Source: Smithellaceae bacterium | GTDB taxonomy: Bacteria; Desulfobacterota; Syntrophia; Syntrophales; Smithellaceae | Length of the DNA stretch: 64,000 bases | NCBI GenBank assembly: GCA_963667845.2 | Contig: CAXXVL010000002.1 | Coordinates: 832,001-896,000 of the forward strand | Reading direction: 5' to 3' | In this document: positions 31,928 to 40,768 of the stretch, one piece after another | Numbering within the stretch: the stretch's first letter is position 1 | Layout: every line of letters starts with the position of its first letter | Position numbers and translations under genes: made by a program | The notes under the pieces: generated by a model | The model's input: only the letters and a program-made list of their open reading frames with translations | Databases searched by the model: none | What the model was told of the DNA's origin: nothing

Positions 31928-32485
31928 ATGACGGATAATGTGATTATTCGCTGTCTCAATTGCGGCACCAAGAATCGTATACCAAGTCAAAAATTTCAGG
32001 GACGTCCTACATGCGGCAACTGCCATGCCCCGTTGGATGACCTGATTATTCGCTGCCTGAAGTGCGGCACTAAAAATCGCATGCCGGAAGAGCGCTTGAA
32101 CGCTAAACCACTCTGCGGAAAATGCGGCGAACCGCTTGTTATCGCAAAGCAGGATATCAAGCCGGTTGACGTAACCGATGATTCTTTCGCCCGCGAGGTA
32201 TTAACCACAGAAACATCTGTACTCGTCGACTGCTGGGCACCCTGGTGTGGTCCGTGCAAGAGTCTCTCGCCAATCATCGATGAACTGGCCTCGGATTACG
32301 CAAACGGCGTAAAGGTCGTCAAACTAAATGTGGATGAAAATCCGGCTACGGCGTCACAGTATGGTATCCGCAGCATACCCACGATGCTCTTCTTTAAGGA
32401 GGGCAGACTTGTAGAACGTCTTGTGGGGGCTCTGCCAAAGCAGGAAATCGAAAAACATCTGCTTGCAATAATCAAAACAAACTGA
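31928..32485 (+). CDS. trxC: Thioredoxin TrxC-type with two tandem zinc ribbons
   Basis: Two CxxCGTKNR...CGxC units, then WAPWCGPC. Confidence 0.88.
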   Translation: MTDNVIIRCLNCGTKNRIPSQKFQGRPTCGNCHAPLDDLIIRCLKCGTKNRMPEERLNAKPLCGKCGEPLVIAKQDIKPVDVTDDSFAREVLTTETSVLVDCWAPWCGPCKSLSPIIDELASDYANGVKVVKLNVDENPATASQYGIRSIPTMLFFKEGRLVERLVGALPKQEIEKHLLAIIKTN

Positions 32486-32502
32486 GTTGGAAATATCTCA
32501 TT

Positions 32503-33054
32503 ATGAATCATTCCAAGAAGCTGTCCTATGCGTGTAAAATTTTTTCAGTCTGGGAAGAAGACGTATTATTGCCCAACGGCAGGACGGTCAGCCAAATCTG
32601 GATTGAACATCAACCAACCGTTGCCGTTGCCGCGGTTAACCATAATCAAGAATTGCTTTTGATTCGCCAATTTCGCAAAGCCACGGGGAAGGATCTACTT
32701 GAAATCCCGGCCGGCACCATGAACAAGGATGAAGAATCGCCCATTACCTGTGCAATGCGGGAGCTGGCCGAAGAAACAGGCTTTCGCGCAGGTCGGCTGA
32801 CCCCCCTTTTTGCCGGATACCTTGTACCGGGTTACTGCAATGAATTTATGTATTTTTTCCTGGCTCAGGATCTCTTCTATGAACCATTGCCGCCCGATGA
32901 AGATGAACGTATTGAGGTTATTCCGACGAGGTTTAGCGAAGCCCGGGCTCTGCTGGAAAACGGCACGATTATCGACGCCAAAACGGCTTTAGGCATTATC
33001 CTGGCAGATAACTATTTAAACGACAAGACAAACTTCCCAAAAACGTCCACGTGA
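32503..33054 (+). CDS. NUDIX hydrolase (ADP-ribose pyrophosphatase-like)
   Basis: EIPAG...RELAEETG, IIDAKT. Confidence 0.92.
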   Translation: MNHSKKLSYACKIFSVWEEDVLLPNGRTVSQIWIEHQPTVAVAAVNHNQELLLIRQFRKATGKDLLEIPAGTMNKDEESPITCAMRELAEETGFRAGRLTPLFAGYLVPGYCNEFMYFFLAQDLFYEPLPPDEDERIEVIPTRFSEARALLENGTIIDAKTALGIILADNYLNDKTNFPKTST

Positions 33055-33164
33055 AAATGGACAAGTCCTTTTTCTTATATTAGCTTTAACGTCTGAGAGA
33101 TATTTCGCTGTGCCGATAGAGTCGTTTCGAAACCATTGCATAAAATATCTGCAGCTTGGGAGTA

Positions 33165-33704
33165 TCAGCGCAGCATTTTTTCTCTTTTCTCCAGCTGAAT
33201 CTCCAAGTTCTTCAGCTGTTGGATATCTCGTTTTAGCTGCTCATTTTCCTGCTGCAATCTGACAATTTCTGCAGATGACTTATCTTCTTGCTGCTTGGTA
33301 TTATCACGTAACAATTCAATTTCTTTAGCCAATTTAACATTCTCGCCCTGATTCTTTTGCCTCTCTTGCTTTAATTGGCTCTGCAATGCGGAAATCCGGC
33401 CGAGGCTGGTCAACAAAGCCCTGGACGCAGCTATCCATTTACTTCTCGGATATTGATCAATCAGATTTTCCAGTTTGAATTTTGCCTCAATATAATTAGG
33501 TTCTTTTTTCTCATTACTTAAATATGACAAGGCTTCTATGAATAGCTCCTGATCTGAAGGTTCCTGATTAAAAATACTATTTGATTTTTCCTGCGCGTCC
33601 GTGCGGTCCGCCGAGCTGTTGCTGATGACTGATTTTGTGGAACAGCCCGCGAGGATCAAGACGAAGGTCATTAGATAAATCAAATTCTTAATATAGTTCA
33701 ACAC
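33165..33704 (-). CDS. Lipoprotein with TPR-like helices and a C-terminal coiled coil (QseG/YfhG-like)
   Basis: Lipobox LAG-C; YPRSKW; ends IQQLKNLEIQLEKR. Confidence 0.75.
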   Translation of the reverse strand: MLNYIKNLIYLMTFVLILAGCSTKSVISNSSADRTDAQEKSNSIFNQEPSDQELFIEALSYLSNEKKEPNYIEAKFKLENLIDQYPRSKWIAASRALLTSLGRISALQSQLKQERQKNQGENVKLAKEIELLRDNTKQQEDKSSAEIVRLQQENEQLKRDIQQLKNLEIQLEKREKMLR

Positions 33705-35083
33705 TCGGTTGGCTCCAGGGTACTTTGTACATTTTGAGAATGCATTATTCTTTTCTTTTCTACATACTCTTCAGTCACGTAGTTACTTCCAGGCATCGTC
33801 TTCGCGAATTCTTTCAGTTCCGCTACTTTTCTTGCCATGTCCAATGGATTTTTAAAGCGCGAACCATCATCCGTCATAATGGCCGCTGTAATAGTAATTA
33901 ATGGAAATTTTTGAACAACTCCCTGACGATTTTTGCCGATAAAGTACTTATTTTCCGCGTCTTCGGGGGCGTAGAAACCAAGAATGCGGTCCGCAAAATC
34001 AATCACCAGTCTTTTGCAGATGGACTGAACATGATCCGGGTTGCCGATAACAACAAAATCATCTCCGCCTATATGACCGAGGAATATCTCCGTCGACTGT
34101 GATTCATTGATGTAACCCTGCAGTATATTTGCAACCTCCTTAATGACTTCGCTGCCCCACGCATATCCATACTTGTCAGCGAACGGTTTAAAGTTATCAA
34201 GATCTACCTGGCACAGCGAAAACGGCCTTCCCTGCGTGAGCAATTGCTCAATCCGATTCTCAATCGCCAGATTTCCGGGCAATCCGGTCAGTGGACTGGC
34301 ATCCAGGTTTAATTCTTCCAGCACCTTGAGTCTTTTAGTCATATAAGCGAATGATTTTGCCAGGGCACCAATTTCGTCATCACGCCTTGCTTCTATCTTA
34401 TGATTCAGGTGGCCTTCCGCAATCAATCTGGTGGCTTTTTGCAGCTGTTGAAGCGGTTTGGAAATATTGCGCGTGATAATCAGCGCCAGAGTAATTCCTA
34501 ATATCAAGCTTAGCAAGCCTAATCCCATCGTCATGTTTACGGCAGTTCCACCTTGTCTCGCGATAAGATTCATTTCATCATTTATAGCCTGATTTGTATT
34601 TTTTTGAATATCGCGCAGCTTGACTGCCATATCATCGATTGTCGCCCTGCCTGCCGTATCGGAAATAGTCTGAGCTTCAGGCAACTGGCCATTTTGCACC
34701 ATCAGAACCTCTGCGGAGAACAACTCCTTTAATCGATTCTGTAATGCATCCAACTCGCTAACCGCGCTCTTAGCTTTACGATCGAGGTTATAATAGCGCA
34801 TCCGGCCAAGTTCCTCACGAAACTCGTTATTCCGCTGCCAAAAAATTTGTTCCAGTTCGGGATCTTTAAGAATTAAATATTTCTTTTCCGCGCTTTCCTG
34901 AGCCAGCAGAACATCCATCAGCTTTTTTGAACTTTCCATCAAAACAAAATGTCGATTCGTAATATTGTAGGCTACTGTATTGAGCTTCTGAAGACTATAC
35001 AATGCGTAAGCGCTGGCCACGGCGGTCAATAGGGCCATAATCAAATAACCTAACAACAATTTGCGGCTGATCGTAAGTTTCAT
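33698..35083 (-). CDS. Membrane sensor with HAMP + GGDEF (diguanylate cyclase) domains
   Basis: Two TM segments, RDDEIGALA HAMP, PLTGLPGN, DLDNFK, HIGGDDF. Confidence 0.9.
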   Translation of the reverse strand: MKLTISRKLLLGYLIMALLTAVASAYALYSLQKLNTVAYNITNRHFVLMESSKKLMDVLLAQESAEKKYLILKDPELEQIFWQRNNEFREELGRMRYYNLDRKAKSAVSELDALQNRLKELFSAEVLMVQNGQLPEAQTISDTAGRATIDDMAVKLRDIQKNTNQAINDEMNLIARQGGTAVNMTMGLGLLSLILGITLALIITRNISKPLQQLQKATRLIAEGHLNHKIEARRDDEIGALAKSFAYMTKRLKVLEELNLDASPLTGLPGNLAIENRIEQLLTQGRPFSLCQVDLDNFKPFADKYGYAWGSEVIKEVANILQGYINESQSTEIFLGHIGGDDFVVIGNPDHVQSICKRLVIDFADRILGFYAPEDAENKYFIGKNRQGVVQKFPLITITAAIMTDDGSRFKNPLDMARKVAELKEFAKTMPGSNYVTEEYVEKKRIMHSQNVQSTLEPTEC

Positions 35084-35381
35084 TTTTTATAGAAGACCCG
35101 TGAGGTTGGTGCAAATTCTCGATAATGTAATCCAAATACCCTTTTTTTGAGTAACACAACAGTCCTTTCTGCGCAAAGAATAATTTATCTTGTCGTTCAT
35201 TTTTCCTGTTTCTTTGCACACCTAAAAATCGGAAAGCTTCTTGCCACGGAAGAAAAGTTTTGTTAAACTGATAACCAGAAGCAGGCTGAACTTTCCAGAA
35301 TATTTAGAAATCCGTTAAGACAGGCGATATCATCGCACCTTGTCTGAATGTTCGCTTCTTTGAAAGATGGGAAACGCACAT

Positions 35382-36680
35382 ATGATATATAATGAAGAAT
35401 TTGAAACCCTGCCCCGTGAAGCGTTGAAGGCTTTGCAAATCAAACGACTTCAGCAGGTTCTGCAGCGTGTTTATCACACGGTTGGTCATTATAAGAAATC
35501 TCTGGATGCCGCGAAAATTTCGCCCGAAAATATGCAGTCCCTTGACGATTTATCGAAAATTCCTTTTATTACCCGTCAGGATCTGCGCGACAATTATCCT
35601 TTTGGCTTGTTTGCTGTACCTATGAGTAATGTGGTGCGCTTGCACGCCTCTTCCGGAACATCGGGCCGCTCCTCCGTATTCGGTTACACTAAACGCGACG
35701 TTGACACCTGGACTGAATTGACTGCCCGCTCTCTGGTTGCAGCTGGACTTACGAAAAATGACATCGTCCATAATGCGTTCAGCTACGGGTTGCTTCCCGG
35801 GGGCCTCGGCTTGCATTATGGTATCGAAAAAATCGGCGCCAGCGTCATCCCCATGTCGGACGGCAACACCAAGCGACAAATCCTGCTTCTTCAGGATTTC
35901 GGTCCAACCGTTCTGTGCTCAACGCCGTCTTACGCATTGCATCTGGCCGAACAGGGCACTGCGATGGGCGTGGATATGAAATCTCTGCAATTACGCGTAG
36001 GCATCTTTGGAGCAGAACTCTGGAGCAATACCACCAGGGATGCCATTGAAAAAGCTTTCGACATCAAAGCCCTGAACATCTTCGGGTTGTCGGAAATGAT
36101 GGGCCCGGGTATTGCCTGTGAATGCCTTGAGGGCCGTGGCGGCATGCACATTTTCGAAGATCATTTCATCGTGGAAACCATTAACCCCGAGACCGGCGAA
36201 GTGCTTCCGGAAGGAATGGAAGGCGAATTGGTATTTACTAGCCTGACCAAGGAAGCCTTCCCCCTGATCCGTTACCGATCAGGCGACATCTCGCGGCTTA
36301 TTCAGGAACCCTGCCGCTGCGGACGCACGCACATCCGGATGGAACCGGTACTCAGGAGAAGCGACGACATGTTGACGATCCGCGGCATTAATATATTCCC
36401 GATTCAGGTGGAGGCAATTCTCAAGGCTATCGAAGGCGTTGAACCCAACTACCAGTTGATCATTGATAAGGTCGGCGCACTGGACGCCGTCGAACTGCAT
36501 GTGGAAGTGGGCGATAAATTCTTTGGTGAAGCAGGTGGCGTCAAGGAATTACAGACCATCGAGAAGAGGATCGTCAAGGATATGAAAGACTATCTGAGCA
36601 TCTCGCCGCGTGTCAAATTGGTGGCCCCGCAAAGCCTGCCGGATAAAGGGACAAAGGTCGTTGATAAACGTTCAATCTAA
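35382..36680 (+). CDS. Phenylacetate-CoA ligase family protein
   Basis: LRDNYPFGLFA, HASSGTSG, GLSEMMGPG, FEDHF, RYRSGD, RSDDML. Confidence 0.92.
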   Translation: MIYNEEFETLPREALKALQIKRLQQVLQRVYHTVGHYKKSLDAAKISPENMQSLDDLSKIPFITRQDLRDNYPFGLFAVPMSNVVRLHASSGTSGRSSVFGYTKRDVDTWTELTARSLVAAGLTKNDIVHNAFSYGLLPGGLGLHYGIEKIGASVIPMSDGNTKRQILLLQDFGPTVLCSTPSYALHLAEQGTAMGVDMKSLQLRVGIFGAELWSNTTRDAIEKAFDIKALNIFGLSEMMGPGIACECLEGRGGMHIFEDHFIVETINPETGEVLPEGMEGELVFTSLTKEAFPLIRYRSGDISRLIQEPCRCGRTHIRMEPVLRRSDDMLTIRGINIFPIQVEAILKAIEGVEPNYQLIIDKVGALDAVELHVEVGDKFFGEAGGVKELQTIEKRIVKDMKDYLSISPRVKLVAPQSLPDKGTKVVDKRSI

Positions 36681-36777
36681 CTTCACACACCCGTAGGGAC
36701 CGGTCCGGCCAGCCCGCATAAGTGGCCTTAAACCGTTTCCTGCAATTACGAACTCAAGGATTTTGGAGGGATCATTC

Positions 36778-37209
36778 ATGAAGGTAGAACAAATCTCAGT
36801 TTTTCTGGAAAACAAACCCGGCTCGCTCGAACACGCCACTCGTGTGCTGAAGGAAAACAACATCAACATCCGCACCCTGTCGCTTGCCGAAACGGCGGAT
36901 TTCGGCATTTTACGCCTCATCGTGAATGACGTGGAAAAAACCAACAAGGTTCTTAAAGACGCCGGCTTCCGGGTCAGCAAAACCATTGTCGTCGCAGTGG
37001 AAGTTCCCGATCAGCCGGGCGGACTGCACAGCATTATGGACGTCCTGAACAAGGAAGCCATCAACGTGGAATACCTTTACGCCTTCGTGGAGAAGAGCGG
37101 CCAGAACGCGGTCATCATCTTCCGCTTCGACGCCCCGGAAAAAGCCATCGACGTGTTGTTGAAACATAACTTTACGGTGGTACCGGGAGCAAAACTTTAC
37201 GACTTTTAG
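36778..37209 (+). CDS. ACT-domain protein (tandem ACT), typical paaK neighbour
   Basis: [47 protein letters not shown]. Confidence 0.92.
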   Translation: MKVEQISVFLENKPGSLEHATRVLKENNINIRTLSLAETADFGILRLIVNDVEKTNKVLKDAGFRVSKTIVVAVEVPDQPGGLHSIMDVLNKEAINVEYLYAFVEKSGQNAVIIFRFDAPEKAIDVLLKHNFTVVPGAKLYDF

Positions 37210-37228
37210 TGCGACCCGCTGAAAACGA

Positions 37229-37295
37229 ATCCCGACAAATCGGGATGAAGTTTGAAGCGTTAGCCGAATTATCCCAGAGCGAAGCGACGTGGGGT
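37229..37295. repeat. Small palindromic intergenic element (REP-like)
   Basis: ATCCCGA-caaa-TCGGGAT hairpin followed by a GAGCGAAGCGA motif. Confidence 0.5.
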
Positions 37296-37306
37296 GATGG
37301 TTGGTC

Positions 37307-38071
37307 ATGAGCGAAACTTTGAAACAATTGATTACGGATTTCCTAAAGCGGCAGGTAACCGATTTCGGTTTTGCCTCCGTGGATCGTTTTGCCGACGCAC
37401 CTCCCGCGCATCATCCCCGGCGCATTTGCAAAAACGCCGAAACCGTGATTGTTTTCGGTATTACCGTTCCCCGGGGTATGCTCAAGTCACCTGACTATAA
37501 TCTTTACGCCCTGCATCGCAGTTATCACAGCGCTTATATGCGCGTTGATGAAATTTCCCTCGCCCTTTGTAATTACATCGAGTCCCTGGGCAAGCATCTG
37601 GCCGTTCCTGTTCCCAGCTATGCCCCAATGGTTTTTCATCAATTTGAACCATGGGGCATTTTGTCGCTGAAGCATGCCGCGGTCAATGCCGGCCTGGGCA
37701 GCTTTGGACGAAGCGGTCTGACCTATCATCCGCAATACGGCGCGCTTTTACGGTTGGGTGCTGTGGTAACAGACGCGGTGATAGACGCGGATCCTCTGCT
37801 TCCCCCGAATCCTTGTCCTCCCAACTGTACAGCCTGTTCAAAGGTGTGTCCGGCCAAAGCCTTGGGCGCTGATGGAAAATTCAATAAAATGACTTGTCTG
37901 GGCCGTATAATTAAGCACGCCATTTATCCTCTGGCTCTGAACAGTGAAGCTGGTTTGAAAAATATTGAGAGGGTCATTAATACGGCCGGACACAATTACT
38001 GGATTGACTGTGACGAATGTCTGAAGGTTTGCCCGTTGAACATAAAGAAAGAGCAGAGTAAAGATCGATAA
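37307..38071 (+). CDS. Epoxyqueuosine-reductase-like Fe-S protein
   Basis: SLKHAAVNAGLG.FG, CPPNCTACSKVCP, CDECLKVCP. Confidence 0.75.
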   Translation: MSETLKQLITDFLKRQVTDFGFASVDRFADAPPAHHPRRICKNAETVIVFGITVPRGMLKSPDYNLYALHRSYHSAYMRVDEISLALCNYIESLGKHLAVPVPSYAPMVFHQFEPWGILSLKHAAVNAGLGSFGRSGLTYHPQYGALLRLGAVVTDAVIDADPLLPPNPCPPNCTACSKVCPAKALGADGKFNKMTCLGRIIKHAIYPLALNSEAGLKNIERVINTAGHNYWIDCDECLKVCPLNIKKEQSKDR

Positions 38072-38095
38072 GTTTTTTATGATGTTTTCTACATT

Positions 38096-38131
38096 AAAAC
38101 GGTAGACGCTGAATGGTGTCTACCGTTTTTT
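38096..38131. terminator. Bidirectional intrinsic terminator between convergent genes
   Basis: AAAACGGTAGAC...GTCTACCGTTTTTT. Confidence 0.85.
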
Positions 38132-38152
38132 CATCTTGGTTAACTCATCCTT

Positions 38153-38470
38153 TTATTGTAATGGCTTCCCGCATTCCTTGCACTTACCGTCTGCGCCGAT
38201 GACACCAATGCAGGATTCATCGATGCACAGGACTCTTTTCTGCCATTCATCATCATCTAAACCCATATCCGTTGCAGAATCCTGTTTTTGATCTTCGGCA
38301 TAGGCAGGTCGATCGGCAATCGCGCCGGGAATCTCCGGAAGTTCACCTTCGTACATTTTCCCGCAAGCTCTGCATTTCCGGTCCGGGCCGATCGTTCCAA
38401 TACATGATTCATCGCTGCACAGAACACGCTTTTCCCAGTCTTCGTTCTCATCAAAAATGATTTCGGTCAT
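38153..38470 (-). CDS. Small protein with a duplicated Cys4 motif, unknown function
   Basis: Two copies of W.KRVLC.DESCIG.IG.D.KC..CGK; GGAG RBS. Confidence 0.85.
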   Translation of the reverse strand: MTEIIFDENEDWEKRVLCSDESCIGTIGPDRKCRACGKMYEGELPEIPGAIADRPAYAEDQKQDSATDMGLDDDEWQKRVLCIDESCIGVIGADGKCKECGKPLQ

Positions 38471-38607
38471 TCTTTTCTCCGTTTTGATTGATAGAGCTTC
38501 TTATGACGGCTTTGAAAAAAAGTCAAATCGAACCGTCATCGGTTGAGAACACAATGGTCTGCAACCACCCTTGGGGTGGCGAGAGCCCTTGTTCTTAGTT
38601 TCAAATA

Positions 38608-40050
38608 TCATCCTTTAATACAGGCCACTGACTTCAAGCGCGCAACTTTACGGGCAATTCCCGCATCGTGAACAACCTGAACCACGTCATTGAGGTTTTT
38701 ATAGGCTTCCGGCATTTCTTCGCCGAGTGTGCCCTTACTGCCGGCCATGACCAAAACGCCTTGATCAGCGAGTTCCCGGCTAATGGAGCGGCCCCGGCTG
38801 GTCTTTGTCGCCTGTGTTCGGCTCATCACCCGGCCCGCTCCGTGGCAGGCGCTGCCGAATGTTTCGGTCATCGCTTTTTCCTGACCGACCAGCACATAAG
38901 AGCCCGCCCCCATGTCTCCGGGAATCAGGACAGGTTGGCCGACGCTTCGATAACGTGCTGGAACTGCTTCATGACCTGCCGGGTAGGCCCTTGTTGCGCC
39001 TTTGCGATGAACGCAAAGTTTCTTCTCAATGCCGGCAATAGTGAACGATTCGATTTTGGCAATATTATGACAGACATCATAAACGAGACGCATCCCCAGC
39101 TCGCGCGGCGCAATCCGCAACGTCTTTTCCAGAACCTCCTGGGTCAGATGCATAAGAATCTGCCGGTTGGCCCAGGCATAATTGGCGCCGCAGGCCATGG
39201 CCGCCAGATAATTGCGCCCCCGCTGCGAGGCCAGATACGTGCAGGCCAGCTGCCGGTCCGGTAGTGCAATGCCTGTTTCGGCTTGATGCTTGACCATCAA
39301 AGCCAGGTAATCATCACAGATTTGATAACCCAACCCTCTGGAACCCGTGTGGATCATGATAACAATTTGACCTTTGCGCAAACCAAACGCCTGTGCCGCT
39401 TTTTCATCGAAGATGTCCTGGACGACTTCTATTTCCAGAAAGTGATTACCGGAACCCAGCGTTCCCAGTTGCTGCTTTCCCCGCTCAAGAGCTCTTGCCG
39501 AAACCTGCTCCGGGTCGGCGCTGACGAGACAGCCGCCGTCTTCCGTTGTTTCCAAATCCTGGGCAGATCCAAAGCCTGCTTTGACCGCCCATCCCGCTCC
39601 TTCCTCCAGCACTTTTTTCTGATCCTTGCCGGAGAGTTTGACATAACCTGTAGTGCCGACACCCGACGGTATTCGCTGATATAAAGCCGTCGTTAAATCC
39701 CTCAGCTTCTCTTTGATGTCGATAAGGGTGAGCTCCGTGGCCATCAGGCGGCAGCCGCAGTTGATGTCGTAGCCAACGCCGCCCGGCGATATTACGCCCG
39801 TGTCCATATCAAAAGCCGCGACGCCGCCGATGGGAAACCCATAACCCCAGTGAATGTCCGGCATGGCCAGCGAGAAATTGACAATACCCGGCAGATGCGC
39901 TACGTTCGCTACCTGCTTGGCGCTTTCATCATTTCTCAGAAGATTAAATATTTTCTCATTAGCATAGAAAATTCCCGGCACGCGCATCTGCCCTGTCTGA
40001 GGCAGCAACCACCGATTGTCATCAATCTTTTCCAGTTTAATGTCAGACAT
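38608..40050 (-). CDS. rtcB: RNA-splicing ligase RtcB
   Basis: MPDIHWGYGFPIGGV, GYDINCG, GTLGSGNHF, HTGSRG, HNIAK, HRKGAT, HGAGR. Confidence 0.97.
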   Translation of the reverse strand: MSDIKLEKIDDNRWLLPQTGQMRVPGIFYANEKIFNLLRNDESAKQVANVAHLPGIVNFSLAMPDIHWGYGFPIGGVAAFDMDTGVISPGGVGYDINCGCRLMATELTLIDIKEKLRDLTTALYQRIPSGVGTTGYVKLSGKDQKKVLEEGAGWAVKAGFGSAQDLETTEDGGCLVSADPEQVSARALERGKQQLGTLGSGNHFLEIEVVQDIFDEKAAQAFGLRKGQIVIMIHTGSRGLGYQICDDYLALMVKHQAETGIALPDRQLACTYLASQRGRNYLAAMACGANYAWANRQILMHLTQEVLEKTLRIAPRELGMRLVYDVCHNIAKIESFTIAGIEKKLCVHRKGATRAYPAGHEAVPARYRSVGQPVLIPGDMGAGSYVLVGQEKAMTETFGSACHGAGRVMSRTQATKTSRGRSISRELADQGVLVMAGSKGTLGEEMPEAYKNLNDVVQVVHDAGIARKVARLKSVACIKG

Positions 40051-40090
40051 TATGAATTCTCATACGAAGTATAAATTGCTACGCTCCTCC

Positions 40091-40214
40091 GACGATCTCG
40101 AAAAAAGCTCCAGAGGCAAGGCGCGCAAATCCCGAGGAATGAGACGTACTCTTGTACGTCGCAATGACGAGGAATGCAGAGCAACGCAGCATATGGTCTT
40201 TTTGCGAGGTCGTC
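40091..40214. repeat. About 124-bp MITE-like element with terminal inverted repeats
   Basis: GACGATCTCGAAAAAAG ... CTTTTTGCGAGGTCGTC (15/17 inverted match); internal GACGTAC/GTACGTC hairpin. Confidence 0.7.
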
Positions 40215-40632
40215 AGACATCAAAGATCACCCTCGCCTTCCATCCCGACTTTGTTCTTTCCACTCTGAGGCCATGATAGGTAACGGCTTTGAGCTCCATT
40301 TTCATGGAATGCTTTTCTTTATTGTATGGCTCGACGCGTAATTTGGCAACCAGCCTTTGATTACTGCACTCCTGAATGTTGCAGTCCTCCACGATCAACG
40401 CCTCTCCGTTAAAAAGATACAAAATCTCCCGCAAAAAATTAATCAGCAAATCCGCCGGATCGGAACCTTCCACGGTGAGCGCTTTTTCTTTCGAGCCTGC
40501 CGGCGTTCCTTTTCTTTCCACAAGAATGTCCATAAGAGACAATGCGGCTTTCGTAAACAGCTCCCTCTTCGTTCGCCCGGTGACTTCAATGCCCAGATCG
40601 GCGGTATGGTCTATCAGTTTGTATAACGTCAT
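40213..40632 (-). CDS. Archease
   Basis: IDHTADLGI, FLREILYL, KAVTYH, IFDV C-terminus; upstream of rtcB. Confidence 0.95.
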   Translation of the reverse strand: MTLYKLIDHTADLGIEVTGRTKRELFTKAALSLMDILVERKGTPAGSKEKALTVEGSDPADLLINFLREILYLFNGEALIVEDCNIQECSNQRLVAKLRVEPYNKEKHSMKMELKAVTYHGLRVERTKSGWKARVIFDV

Positions 40633-40731
40633 GCGGGAAGTATAGCGGAATGTTTCAAGATGAACAAGTCAGGAAAGCCGGTGCTACCGACCGGACTATT
40701 GCAAGGACTCACAACCCGGGGTGTAATCAAT

Positions 40732-40757
40732 AGGGGGCTGATTTCGATCAACCCCCT
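40732..40757 (-). terminator. Hairpin after gyrA (probable terminator)
   Basis: AGGGGGCTGAT-ttcg-ATCAACCCCCT; weak U-tract on the minus strand. Confidence 0.55.
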
Positions 40758-40768
40758 TGTTTTTAATT

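Noticed and set aside
33043..33058. parS-like ACGTCCACGTGAAAAT (also CACGTGAAGCA near 22745)
   Set aside because: Too many mismatches to the 16-bp consensus; only half-sites.
36693..36745. GTAGGG-initiated REP-like remnant after the paaK-like gene
   Set aside because: Degenerate, with no second copy seen in the window.
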